DNA of 64,000 nt, taken from positions 168,144,001 to 168,208,000 of the forward strand of contig OX597814.1 of the NCBI GenBank assembly GCA_951406725.2. Direction: 5' to 3'. This DNA comes from Octopus vulgaris (taxonomy: Eukaryota). The first letter of the stretch is position 1, and every line of letters starts with the position of its first letter. Shown here one piece after another: positions 1 through 11,682 of the stretch. Below the pieces are notes generated by a model, which saw nothing but the letters and a program-made list of their open reading frames with translations, made no database searches and had not been told where the DNA came from. Both the position numbers and the translations under genes were made by a program.

Positions 1-175
1 ATTTCTGCTTCAGCAAGTGAGCACTGAATCTGTCTGAAATGTAATGGAAAATAGGTTAGTTTCAAAATATTGATGTCAAGGCCACAAAAGTAAAGTTTGA
101 AGCAAATAGGAAATAACTTTAATTGATAAAAAATAAATAAATAAAAATTTTTTTACAGGTGAATAATAATAAAAA

Positions 176-630
176 TAATAATGAAATTATTGTATACAGT
201 GCTCAGGTGCACCACAACTTGTCAGAAAGTGCATATAAAGTACATGCAGTAATGTAGAAATGTCTGGAAAGTGAACATGCTTGTGTGTGTATGGAGGGGA
301 GAAAATCAAGTGTAGTGTTGGCGAATCTCAGGAAGCATGGAAGTCTTGAAGGATGCAGTGCTCCGACAACTAACAACCGATGCTGGCATTTGTTCCACGC
401 TTCAGCAACTCTCAGCGTGAAAAAATGTTTCCTGAAGTCATGGGAGCTGTGCTGTTTTCTTACTTTGTAAATATGTCCACGGGTGTTAGATGGGTGGAGT
501 TTGAAGAGGTGCTCAGAGTTATTGTTTGTGCGATGGTTGATAATTTTATGGGTGTCTGCCAGGTCAGCTGCCAGACGTCGGAGTTTCAATGTGTCCATGC
601 CCAGGGAAGTAAGGCGTTCAGGATATGGTA
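176..630 (-). mobile_element. CR1-type LINE 3' fragment (end of ORF2, 3'UTR, (ATT)n tail), 5'-truncated
   Basis: Minus-strand translation LRRLAADL...TRGHIYKVRKQHSSHDFRKHFFTLRVAEAWNK matches the CR1 ORF2 C-terminus (TRGH..K, F..RV..WN.L). Near-identical copy at 40801-41600. Confidence 0.85.
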
Positions 631-721
631 AAAATGTAAAAATGTATTCAACTAGATATTAAAAAGCTAGCCTTCAGTTTTACCTACAGCTTGACTTGCT
701 AGGAAATCTCCCAAATTAACA

Positions 722-1091
722 CTTTTTCTTTTACTTTTATTTGCTTCAATCATTTGACTGTAGCCATGCTGGAGCACTGCCTTTAGTCGAACAAATCGAC
801 CCCAGGACTTATTCTTTGTAACCCTAGTACTTATTCTATTGGTCTCTTTTGCTGAACTGTTAATTTATGTGGATGTAAACACACTAACATCCATTGTCAA
901 GTGATGGTGAGGGGACAAACACACAAATACATACATACATACATATATATATATACATATATTTCAGTTTCCGTCTACCAAATCCCCTCACAAGGCTTTG
1001 GTTGGCCTGAGGTTATAGTAGAAGACACTTGCCCATGGTGCCACAAATATGTGGTTGGTAAGCAAGATATCACACAGCCACTTCTGCGCCT
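722..1091 (-). mobile_element. tRNA-derived CORE-type SINE (family D)
   Basis: Minus strand reads AGGCGCAGAAGTGGCTGTGTG (A-box-like head), GGCACCATGGGCAAGTGTC (CORE-like), an internal microsatellite and an A-rich tail. Many copies in the window. Confidence 0.75.
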
Positions 1092-2679
1092 TTAAAAAAT
1101 TTATTCTATTTTTTTTTATCTCTGTTAATTCAAATATTGGTATCTATCTATCTATCATCATCATCATTGAGGGCAAATTTTGCAGGGTTGGTGGTGGTGG
1201 TATATTAATTTGTATTTATTTTATCAAGCTGGGAAAATGAAATGTAATACGAACAACCAGTAGGATTTGAATTTGGAATTTGATGGGACCAAACTTTATC
1301 GTCCATTCATTTCGGATTGGAAAAAATAAAATATAAGTTAATCGACTTTTACAGCTTCTAGCTGTGTAGAATACGCAGACAAACGAAAACAATTTGTCTT
1401 TCCCACTTTCACATTTTTGTGAATGGCGAATTTTATACATTTTTGGAGAAGCACAAGAGATTCTCGAAAAATTTATAGAAAGAGCTACTTTTACATTCTT
1501 TCTTTAGAGCTTGTCTTTCCTCCGCAGCGTCTACCCTCTCCCCTGCAATAAAGACATTCTCAAATTCACCCTCTCTCTCTCATACATTCACGTTTTCTTT
1601 CGTTATCACTAGCTTGACAGGTTGTCGCTTGAGATCGCTAAGAAGGAATAGTAAGACATGAATTATGTGAAGTGGTTCTCACTTAATATGGCTTGTTACT
1701 ATCGCTAGATACTGCAAAAGAACACTTTCTCGCATGTGCATGCTGTCATCGATACAGACAGGTATAAATGACAAATTACATGCATACACCATCGCACATC
1801 TTTATTACATGCATGCACAAACTCCGATGCTGCTCTGGATTCTTATTAGAATTTAATAAATCATTGCTTTAATCGCTATATGTATAAAATAACATCAAAC
1901 GCAGTAATCCAAGGTATTTTATCTGGTATTCCATATTTTCGTCAAACTTGCAACCCTGAAAAAACTAAAGACCCTACCCATTCTTTCTTTATTGAATAAA
2001 CTTTACGTTATGAGGCAATACATTTTTAATTTTAATTTTTTTTTTCTGTTATACAAAATACATAATGTGTATTTCATGTACACACATTTTGTTAAAATAA
2101 TTCATAGTTATCTAGTCAAAATGTCAGTAATAAAGTGTATTACTACTGAATTGATGTATTTTAGGACCAAAAATATCCATGGAAGATCGGACATATGGTA
2201 GACCACACTAACACACCAGTGTATTTTGGACATTCTCAAGACGCGTATAACTCTACAGCTCCTTTCTCTATCTCTTTAGTAATTTATTCACTCCTACATG
2301 AACTGAATAATAGTTCTTCGGTTGTTCCCGCTTTATTTCTTGTTTACTGTCCACAAACCGATCAAACTGCAAGAGCACTAATAAAAAACAAAGGTAATAA
2401 TAATAATTTTAAAAAATGCTATCAAAGTTGCCCTATATAATGGTTTTTTAAAAATTTATATTTCCATTCTATTTTTCCTGTTGTTATAAACTTTAAAAAT
2501 CAATTAGCGCTGCTGCACACATACATTTCTGTATTCGGATTAAAGGCTTTTTAAAAAATACGAATACTGTTTCTGACCCTGATCTCCCACCCTAGTTTCT
2601 ATATGTTTTCTATCTGTTCTTATGAGCTGTTATCATGCTAAACAGTACCTTCTCGTAATAGATCTTCTATAGAAAACAC

Positions 2680-3000
2680 TCTCTCACTCGCTCCGCCTAC
2701 GCTCTCACAGCCACCTTGTATGTTTTACTCTGTCACTGACCCTCCGCCTCGCACCAGCCACTACTACAATTACAGCTGCTGTAGACAGAGTAGTCTTGCC
2801 CGTCCGTTTCTCCGTCCTCTCCTAAACAATCGACATACGGCTTTAGGCTTGTGTAGAAGACAGTCTCGTCAAGTTATTATCCCAACTTCCATCTATAAAC
2901 TCCGTTAGTCTGCTTGACTATCGACAACACACAAGCCATCAAATAACTACTCCACTTGTCAACGTAAGGCGACTTTAGTTTTGAGAGGAACACTTGCGCC
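2680..3000 (+). promoter_or_regulatory. Putative promoter/5'UTR of the DDAH-like gene (CpG-retaining)
   Basis: C-rich, CpG-rich, repeat-free tract directly upstream of a GCC-ATG start; in-frame TAA at 2965-2967 shows the ATG is the first in-frame start. TSS not determinable. Confidence 0.5.
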
Positions 3001-3276
3001 ATGTCGTTTGAATATTCCCGTGTCCTGATGAGGCCTGTTACGGAGGCTCTCGTGGAAAAAATAAGAAGTATTGATTCAACGGTAAAGTTGAATTTAGAAA
3101 AACTTCAGAGTGAACAGAATAGGCTGGCCGAAGCACTGAAGAAACGTAGAATAAATGTAGTATATCTTGCTGCTAGCAACAACTACCCGGAAGGTTGTTT
3201 CATTGAGGATTGTGCTGTAATCATAGGGGACACTGCTTTGATATGTCGCCCGGCTGATCAATCTCGACGAGGAGAG
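3001..3276 (+). CDS. DDAH: First coding exon (92 codons) of an N(G),N(G)-dimethylarginine dimethylaminohydrolase-like protein (amidinotransferase superfamily)
   Basis: YPEGCFIEDCAVIIGDTALICRPADQSRRGE aligns to human DDAH1 [31 protein letters not shown]. Phase-0 donor GAG|GTATTT at 3277 is at the same position as the DDAH1 exon 1 end. Confidence 0.9.
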
Positions 3277-3888
3277 GTATTTATCATTATTTATTATTTT
3301 TCTCATACATTTAGCTAGCCAGTATTGTTCATCTCTTTCGCTCACTCTCTTTTTTAACATCATGTTTTTCCCATTATAAACAAAACATTCAGCACCTTTT
3401 TGGATCTTGTTTTTCTTCAGCCTCACCTCAACATAACAAACTTTGCGGTTCTCCACAAAGCTGGTTATTCTTATTATTTTGTTGTTACATTTTGTGGGGG
3501 TTGATTTTTTTTTATCCTTCTACTCTGGAAAGCCTAACCAATAAAAATATAAATAGTAGTTATCTACTGATTCGATTCAAGTGAAACTTCCTTTAATAAA
3601 ATTGTCCTTGTTCATTTTAAATATTAGCAACACACACGCACAAAAAGAACCAAAAAAGCAAAAAACACACCTTTTAAATTATCTCGTCAATTCCAACTGT
3701 CACTTTATCAGTAGTTCTCAGATAATTTCAGGTTACACCAATATTGTTGTATTTCGGTATTCTATTCATTTCTTCTATTGTAAAATCGTGTGTTGGAAAA
3801 TGATGAAAATACTAAGTGAAAGAATAAAATACAAACCGACAAAGAAAAGCGAAAGTGCCTTGGTTCTCTCCTCACATATTTTACTTCG

Positions 3889-3919
<31 letters not shown>

Positions 3920-4554
3920 CGTTTATCAGTCAATAGCTTTAAGCGTATTTATCAAACATTATATTTGTATCAATCCACTTCTGCTTTAGTTTGAAATTCA
4001 ATAGAATTGATAGATAATCAATAAGAAAATTGCCTTTTTTTTAAAAATCTAATATTTGTTTATCTATTTACGTAATTAAATTGTAATCGTTATCGTCGAT
4101 CTAACACAATTTCTCCATATCAAAATTTCTCCGGCTCTCACTCGGCAATTAAAGGTATATAATTGAACAGAGCCATGTGAGACGGTTGGTCGGTGATATA
4201 GTGGAAATTATATCTATCTATCTCTCCTCACGCACTTACCTGGTTAGTCACACGACACCTCTTCTCTTTCTGACTGCTTTTACATTGAAGGAAAAAATTA
4301 TATCACCCTTTCGCTAATGAAGGTTCACTTCAACTTTTAAACAGTTTAAATTTGTAACATGGTAGCAGAAAGCTTTGATGAACGTGGTGGTGATAGTTTT
4401 GTTTGGCTCCAGGTCAGTCCAGATTCGGTCGACATTACGGTCCATGGCAAGATTTTTGATGGTAGTTAATATTTTACAAGCGATTAGTATTTTCCCTTCT
4501 CTCTTATAAACGCATGTATTCATGTGTGACATCGCTGTTAAACTATTTTCTGAC

Positions 4555-4770
4555 GTTATTTAGCCCTAGGTCAGTTCTGATTGTCGAGACCTGTAATCAA
4601 AGACGTTCCAACCGTTACCATCACGTCTTTTCTCAAGCATTGTACACGCAGGGCTGCACTAACAAATAAACATATTTTTTCAAGATGGTAGAATATGATT
4701 TAGTGGAAATTCGACTACTATTTCTAGTAGATCGAACGAGTATTAGTGGCTACCACGTTGGCTCGAGTCT
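4555..4770 (+). repeat. Old interspersed repeat (family F), representative copy
   Basis: Motif GATTTG(A/G)(A/G)G(G)AGATTT(G/T)GCTGCTATTTCTAGCAG recurs, diverged, near 4960(-), 9300, 10265, 13350(-), 22670, 22765, 29640, 32200(-), 34620, 36370, 55430, 57410(-) and 63150(-). Class unknown. Confidence 0.55.
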
Positions 4771-6134
4771 TAATTGTTTGTATGCATATCCACAAACTAT
4801 GTATGTGTGCCCGTGAGTGTATACATTACTATTAAGATAATGATAATTGGTTTGGAACAGTTTCGTAACCTTAGACACTTTGCAACAGATCTCAATCTTA
4901 CATTATTTTTTTTATAGATTTTGATTTATTGATTTTATTTTGGAGCCAGTAAAGTAGCCTCTATGTGATTGATTGCTCAACCTGCCGAAATATCGACCAA
5001 ATTGTCTCATATCACACCCTACCATCGTAAAAGAGGAAGACCATGTTGGACAGTGTAGTTCTAGAGAAATACCAGTCCCAGTTTTCAAAATTGGGATGGG
5101 CACGACTGGAACATTTTAGAGTGTAGATCTGATCACTCAGGCTTGACCAGAGACTAAACAAAAACTTTTGTGTTTGGTCATGAATTATGTTTTTTTTTTT
5201 TTAGTGTACGTGATCTGTCATACTTCTGTAGTAAACTTAGAAGAAAATACAAATCAGAAAACATTATCAAACACGAAATGTCATTAAATTTTCTAAAGAA
5301 ACAAATAACATGCATGTACATATTTGATAATGCCTCTCAAGTCGAAATTTATCAAGGGCAGTGCTGGTTGATTCAGTGTAATAGATTCAGTGACCAGATT
5401 CAGGATTTCTGGTTTTCTATACAAACAAAAAAAAACCTATACAAGATTTTTTTGTCATCTATACTAGAAAACAATTTAGTGGAGTTGGCTAAAATTTGGA
5501 TCAGACAACATCTATCCCTGTTAAATATATAGATAATGCAAATATGTTATTTTCGTTTATGAGGCATTCATATATACATATTTAAAGCCTAATTCTTTTG
5601 TTCGTTCAAGAGTATTTGAGTTTTTGAAATTGACTCTATTGATAAATTCCCTCCGGCCTATCACGCTAGGCATCCCAGCCCCCAGCTAGCCGCACGTATT
5701 TTGTGTGTGTGTGTGTGTAAGCGCGAGCACACACACACACACATTGCAAAAAAGCAACGAAAATTTTAGAAAAAATGAGTGGAAATCGAACCGGGGAGTA
5801 TGTTAATTAATAGTGCATTAAAACAATGACACCCCAGACCCAATATATATAAATAAAAATAAAGTACTATATTACAGTCTCATGATAGCTCGTTTTATAT
5901 ATCGATTACCACAAATTGTATATCTAAATATATACGAAATGTACCGGCTGAAGCTAACAAACTGTTTTGTTTTAGTATTTAATTTTATTTAATCCGTCGA
6001 CCTGTTCCTCTGTAAAGTAGTTTACAATGACTCATATATATACCTGTCTTTTTCACCTTGTCGCTTCACTTATCTGTCCACAGCATTCCTGTTGGGTTTT
6101 TAATACTGGCTGCGCGCACACACACTATGTATGA

Positions 6135-6186
<52 letters not shown>

Positions 6187-6448
6187 TCGTGTGTGTAGTG
6201 TCATTTCTTATGCTTTGCTCTAAATATATCATAGTTCTCTCTCCTACCTGTTAAGTTATTCATGTTCAGTGCAGTGTCTTTTGACCGCTTAAACTTACAC
6301 ACCTCTCACCTCACTCTGTTTTTATTTTATCACACACACACACACAACTAGTTTGGTTTCTATGAAGGGGACCGTGTTTATAACCTTTGCGTTTTCACCG
6401 AAACTGTTGATATCAACATGCATCCAGTTCTTCTTGAAAATTCGTTGG

Positions 6449-6720
6449 TCAACAGCTGTGGGGAGTGGTATGCATGCACAAGAAAGAACTTCCAGAGGAC
6501 CGCCGTTGCAAGAATGAGGGACTGAATGAAGTGGTTAGTGGATGGGCAAGGATAGTGAACAGAATTTGGATAACGAGGAGGGTAGAGATGAGTGAGTCAG
6601 AAATGTCTGATCGAAGTTGGTACAAGATCAGCTCCAAAGAACAGAAACCACTATAGTAGCAGTACAAAAGACAGTAGAAAGGCTGCTTGTTTGTAGGTCA
6701 GAGATTGGTGTTTGTTTATC
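6449..6720 (-). mobile_element. Degenerate CR1-Zenon/L2-like LINE 3' remnant
   Basis: Frameshifted minus-strand peptides LYCYYSGFCSLEL and PSTNHFIQSLILATAVLW resemble the FYRYY.G.CS.EL / RT.H...SF.P.T..LWNSLP C-terminus. Confidence 0.45.
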
Positions 6721-7578
6721 AGTGACTTCATGATGCCAATTAGTTGGGTTGCCTTTTTTTGTTTTTGTTGCAGTCTAGGATATTTGTGTATGGCTGCAGT
6801 TTCACCCCAGATGTGTTAGTACTATACTCCATTACAAGTATCACATTGTATTTTTGCTTCTTAAAAATGTTCATTTGCCTGAAGAGATCCTTAGTGAAGG
6901 AGGCTTAGCATTTGTGGCAACATTGAAGGTTCTAGCTACATATTATATAAGTAGAGTTTGGATTTGGCGGCAAGGAAGAGATTAGGAATGCTTGGACTGT
7001 TTGTCTGTTGGTCAGGTATGTGAGTAAGGGATGTAGATGTAGAGTTGAGTATAGCAAAGGATTCTGTTTCTGTATATGCAATATTTCTGTGGGAAGAGTG
7101 CAAGAACCAAGTAGTTGATAACTTTGGAGAAGAGTGACAGGAAGGGAAATAGATAAAGAGTTGTTGGTAGTAAATAATTTCAGAGAACAGCTCAGGAAGA
7201 TGTATTTGGAGGAGTGGGTGGAAGAAGATTATGTAAACAAAGCTCTCTGTATGTGATGTAGGAAAACATTTTTTTCCTGTGGTCTCCAGGCAAGAATCTG
7301 AGGATCTGAAATGGTTCACCCATGTATTAAAGCTAACCAGTAACTTCATAGTGTTGGTGTTCTGCCAAAACTTCACAAACCCCAGACCATATAATAAACT
7401 GTCCAATAGATGGATCTCTCAGATCCATAAAGACAGGATTTTCACTCAACAGCAGCAACCAGAGCACCCAGTTGAAGATAGTAGCAGTTGTCCAGCTGGC
7501 AGGAGAGAGCAAGGATTTAAAGAGAACTGAGTAACTAAGTTTCTCTCTCTCTCTCTCTTTTTGATATATATATATATA

Positions 7579-7916
7579 TGGCACGTAAAAAGCACCAATT
7601 GTTTGTGGCCATTGCCAGCCTACCCTGGCACCTGTGCTGGTAGCACGTAAAAAACACCATCTGTATGTGGCCGATGCCAGCGCCGCCTTGACTGGCTTCT
7701 GTGTCGGTGGCACATGAAAACCACCAACCGATCATGGCCGTTGCCAGTCTCCCCTGGCACATAAAAAGCACCCACTACATTCATGGAGTGGTTGGCGTTA
7801 GGAAGGGCATCCAGCTGTAGAAACACTGCAAGATCAGACTGGAGCCTGGTGCAGCCTCCTGGAACTGTCCAACCCATGCTAGCATGGAAAACGGACATTA
7901 AACAATGTTGATGATA
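7579..7916 (+). mobile_element. RTE LINE 3'UTR/tail copy
   Basis: Four GGCAC(G/A)T(A/G)AAAA(G/A/C)CACC-type subrepeats, GGAGTGGTTGGCGTTAGGAAGGGCATCCAGC, CCAACCCATGCTAGCATGG and a GAT tail; homologous to 17012-17300. Confidence 0.85.
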
Positions 7917-9414
7917 TACTTTGTTGTAACTGATTATTCAATAAATTTTGCATTCTTACCTCATTACTTGCTATACACCTCGCTTACTCCCTTAAATTCA
8001 ATACACAATAATTTGCACTTCCCAATTACAAGGTATATGGGGTATAATAATAATCCTAATTGTACTATATTTATTATGTTCTGTGAAGCGTCAAGAAGTC
8101 CACCTAATATTGGCACTTGAGACTAAATTGCATACTAAGTGGAATGCCTTAATCGTAGTCAACATTTAGCTTATTTGACTTGTTGCAGAATGTTGGCTGG
8201 AGGTGAAAATAGACAGGGCATGAAGTCTTGAGACATACTCTAGTGGAAAAGAATTCTAGATGGATATTGGGAGAGGGTGGTAAGAGGAGAATGTGAGATT
8301 AAGTGGAGGTGGTATAGAATTAGCAAATGGAAAAGACTTGTAGTAATGGAGTCATGTAGGAAAGCGAGTGAGGATACAGTTTGATATTGTGTTTGTAGAC
8401 CCTGAACTTTTTATTTCCTTAAATCTCTCTTTATTGGATGTATATTTTTTTACGTATTTTGTATATACTTTAGTTGACAAAACTCCAGGGTATCACCTAG
8501 TCTTTTGTGTTTAACCATTTCATCGTAGCATTCTGATATATCCACTCAAAATTTCTTTACTCCTTACATGTGGAAAGCAATTTTATATACTGATCTATCT
8601 GTTGTTGAGGAATGTCCTGTTTAAAACTATATTCTGTTGAGATATGGAAAGCTTACTGAGGCAGTGTAACTTGCAGAAAATACCAATTCTATTCACTAGT
8701 AGTTAGTTAACATCATTACTGAAATAACCATGAAGTTTAATTTCATAGTGAAAGGGTTACTAAATTTATAGGAAATTAAGTTGGTCCTGTCAGAATTTGA
8801 GACACTGAGCAAAATTGCGTATCATTTCAGTTCAGCTCTCTATCTTCAGTGCTATTACTGTCAATATAATGAAAATGAGAATTCTTTTACATATAGACTG
8901 CAATTTCTAAAACCAGAAAGCAGGAAAATATGACATTCTTCTTTCTCTTACCAGACTTATGAATGAAGTTGATCAGTTTTGACATGGACCCAAAACTGGG
9001 TTGTAGACTTGTTTATCTTTCCATGCTACAAACTAATATTTTGTTTTTTTTTTTGACACACAGCATGAAGCCAATTAATTTGTAAGGGTGAATAGAGTAC
9101 TCAGTAAACTCATTACTATATGTAATTGCAGCTTTAACAATCCCATATGAATGCAAAGTGTATTTTGTTTTTACTTTGCCCATAATCAGTTTTAATTGAG
9201 CTGACCTATGGTCAAAAGTGTTCCAGCCATGATACTCTCATTTATTTGTGGTTTGTGTGTACTTTATCAAAGTGTCTTTCGTTTAAGACAACAGGCTTTG
9301 ATTTGAAGGAGATTTTGCTGCTATTCCTCGTAGTTTGAATAATCTTTTAGAGACTTCCTTGAGGTAATCCAACACTGAGAATCTGGATTTTTTTTTTAAG
9401 ACTTGGTGTCATTG

Positions 9415-9590
9415 TCATCATCATCATCATTTAATGTCTGTTTTCCATGCTGGCATGGGTTGGATGGTAACCAGAGCTGGCAAGCTGGAGAGTTGCATCA
9501 AGTTTCAGTCTGATTTGGATTGGTTTCTATGGCTGAATGCCCTTCTTAATACCAATCACTTTACAATGTGTGCTGGGTGCTTTTAATGTG
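9415..9590 (-). mobile_element. RTE LINE 3' tail copy
   Basis: (CAT)n followed by TTTTCCATGCTGGCATGGGTTGGATGG, homologous to the RTE 3' end. Confidence 0.8.
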
Positions 9591-9828
9591 GTGATGTTTA
9601 GTGATTATCTCAATTAAGTGGTTGTTAGTGATCTTATATTTTTTTATGATGCTATTCTAATAATGTTCTGGAGTATTGTTACTGAAGTTGCTAGATATTT
9701 GTGGGATTTTTTTTTCATATTTTCCAGTCAAGAGGGAAGGGCAATATTTATGACACTTTACAGGATGTCCAACACCAGCTTAACAATGCCATAAGTTATT
9801 TTGCTAAATTCTTCATTATTTTCATAAT

Positions 9829-10103
9829 TTATAAAGACCGTTAGTAAGGAGAGACACACAAATAAGAAAGATGAAAGCAAAGGACCACTGATGAGGTCAC
9901 AGGAGTGTGACGAAAGAACTCTGGCCGAAATAAGATTAAGATTAATGTAAAAAATGAATAATGCTGAAGCAAAGTAACACCAAATATATAGTGCGTGTGT
10001 TTTTATTGGCTAAACTGGCAAAATGACCATTCCTAAATACAACAATATCTGTTTCAACACACGATTTCACATCAAAAATCTTGCAAAACAAATATATAAA
10101 TGT
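9829..10103 (+). mobile_element. Probable Penelope-like element terminal-repeat fragment inserted in a TTAA MITE (family B remnant 9770-10151)
   Basis: Interrupts a MITE whose halves (CATTATTTTCATAATT / AACAGAAATATGGTTACAAAAGCATTAA) match the contiguous copy at 54443-54654. Carries a minimal hammerhead typical of PLE repeats. Confidence 0.5.
9882..9926 (+). ncRNA. Minimal type I hammerhead ribozyme (slightly degenerate)
   Basis: GGACCA-CTGATGA-G-[GTCACA GGAG TGTGAC]-GAAA-GAACTC-TGGCC: core boxes CUGAUGA and GAAA, perfect 6-bp stem II, tiny near-palindromic stem III, CUC cleavage triplet, stem I GG(A)CCA/UGGCC. Confidence 0.6.
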
Positions 10104-10319
10104 AATATAAAGACAGTGTTTTAACAGAAATATGGTTACAAAAGCATTAAATTCTAGGTCAAACTTATGATAAAAAATTATTTCATTCTTGATCATCTTG
10201 TCTTTTTGTATATGTACAACTACTTTGTCTAACATATCCATCCTGTTTTAAGACAACAAGGTGTGATTTGAAGGAATTTCATTACTATTTCAAACAGGTC
10301 AACTGTTTGCATAGAGACT

Positions 10320-10370
<51 letters not shown>

Positions 10371-10890
10371 AGCATGTATAGAGGTTTCCTTCATGAGGTT
10401 GATGTAGCTGATATTTAAACTTACATACCTGGTTGATTTGCACTGGGGACATATAAGTGTGAAAGGAGTTTCATATGGATGCAGATCTACAGTGGAAGTT
10501 TTGTGACCTTTGGGGATTGGCAAGATAAAAGTAGATAGCATTTTCACTGCATTTCTAATGATGAGTGACACCGTATTTTGTTTGGTTGATGTATTGATTT
10601 TATCTTGTTGACACACAAACACAACACTCTCATACTACAGGCTTTTGCACTGTTTCCGTTCATCCAAATTTTTGCTTGGAAAACATTGATCAACCTGAAC
10701 CTAAGATAGAAGGCACTTTGACCAAAGTGTCATACCATGATCTAAAGCACAGGTTTGCACCACAAACTTAACTAAACAGCCATACCTACAAATTGGAATA
10801 CAGTCTTCTTGTCTAATTGACAGTCACTGTTGTAGTAGTCTGTTATGATGTAGAGAATTCTGTTTTTGATAGCTTCCAATTTTTTTGTAA

Positions 10891-11278
10891 TCTATATATA
10901 TAAAGCTGGAGTTGTCTGTGTGTGTGGCAGGTTTGGTAGCCTTCAACCAACACTATCTCCTCCGAGACCCTGTAGCGCAAGTTGACCAAAACTGAAAGTA
11001 TGATAGAAGAAGGCTTGCTCTTCGTTCCGTAGAAGAAAAAATTCAAATCGGACCATGTTAAGACCAAAAATTATTTACATAAAAAAGGTGCTTTTTTTCT
11101 ATGAAAATCCCTATTTTTTTACGATTTTTTGACTGCTGTGTCACCATTTTTCAGTGCATTTCAACCAGAAAAATGTTCACTTAAAGCTACATAATGCAAA
11201 ATTTTTACTTTTCAAAACTTCCAATTCTAAAGGGTCGAAAAGAAAACAAACCCGAGCAACGCTGTGCTATACTGCTAG
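10891..11278 (+). mobile_element. Non-autonomous Helitron
   Basis: A|TCTATATATATAAAG 5' end, imperfect subterminal hairpin CCCGAGCAACGCTGTG, CTAG|T 3' end, inserted in AT with no TSD. Confidence 0.8.
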
Positions 11279-11439
11279 TATATAATAGATTAAGAGAGTT
11301 TAATCAGAACTGATGTTTTCAATAATGCATCATCTTATGTTGATGCTTGTGAAGTTCTCTTGGGTGTGAGGAAAAGCCTAAATATTCATTTATGACTGGT
11401 AGCCTGTTGGTTATGATGATCCAATCAAGAGGATATTCT

Positions 11440-11682
11440 GCTCAGACACTCCACAGACACATGTACTCTTAATGTAGTTCTCAGGGAGATTCAGTGCAAC
11501 ACAGAATGTGACAAGGCCGGCCCTTTAAATTACAGGTACTACTCGTTTTTGGCAGCTGAGTGGACTGGAGCAATGCTAAAATTAAGTGTCTTACATGAGG
11601 ATACAATGTTCCACCTGGAATTGAACTCCTGACCTTATGATTATGAGCCGTATACACTAATCACTAAGCCACGCGTCTTCAC
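11440..11682 (-). mobile_element. tRNA-derived CORE-type SINE (family E)
   Basis: Head GTGAAGACGCGTGGCTTAGTGATTAG, B-box GAGTTCAATTCC, core GCTCCAGTCCACTCAGCTG. Confidence 0.7.

Noticed and set aside
3026-3060. CTGATGA followed by a hairpin in the DDAH exon (hammerhead-like)
   Set aside because: No GAAA directly after the stem and no stems I/III; it is coding sequence.
3277-3318. C-terminal VFIIIYYFSHTFS of the 105-aa ORF
   Set aside because: Intron read-through past the GT donor; DDAH similarity stops at RRGE.
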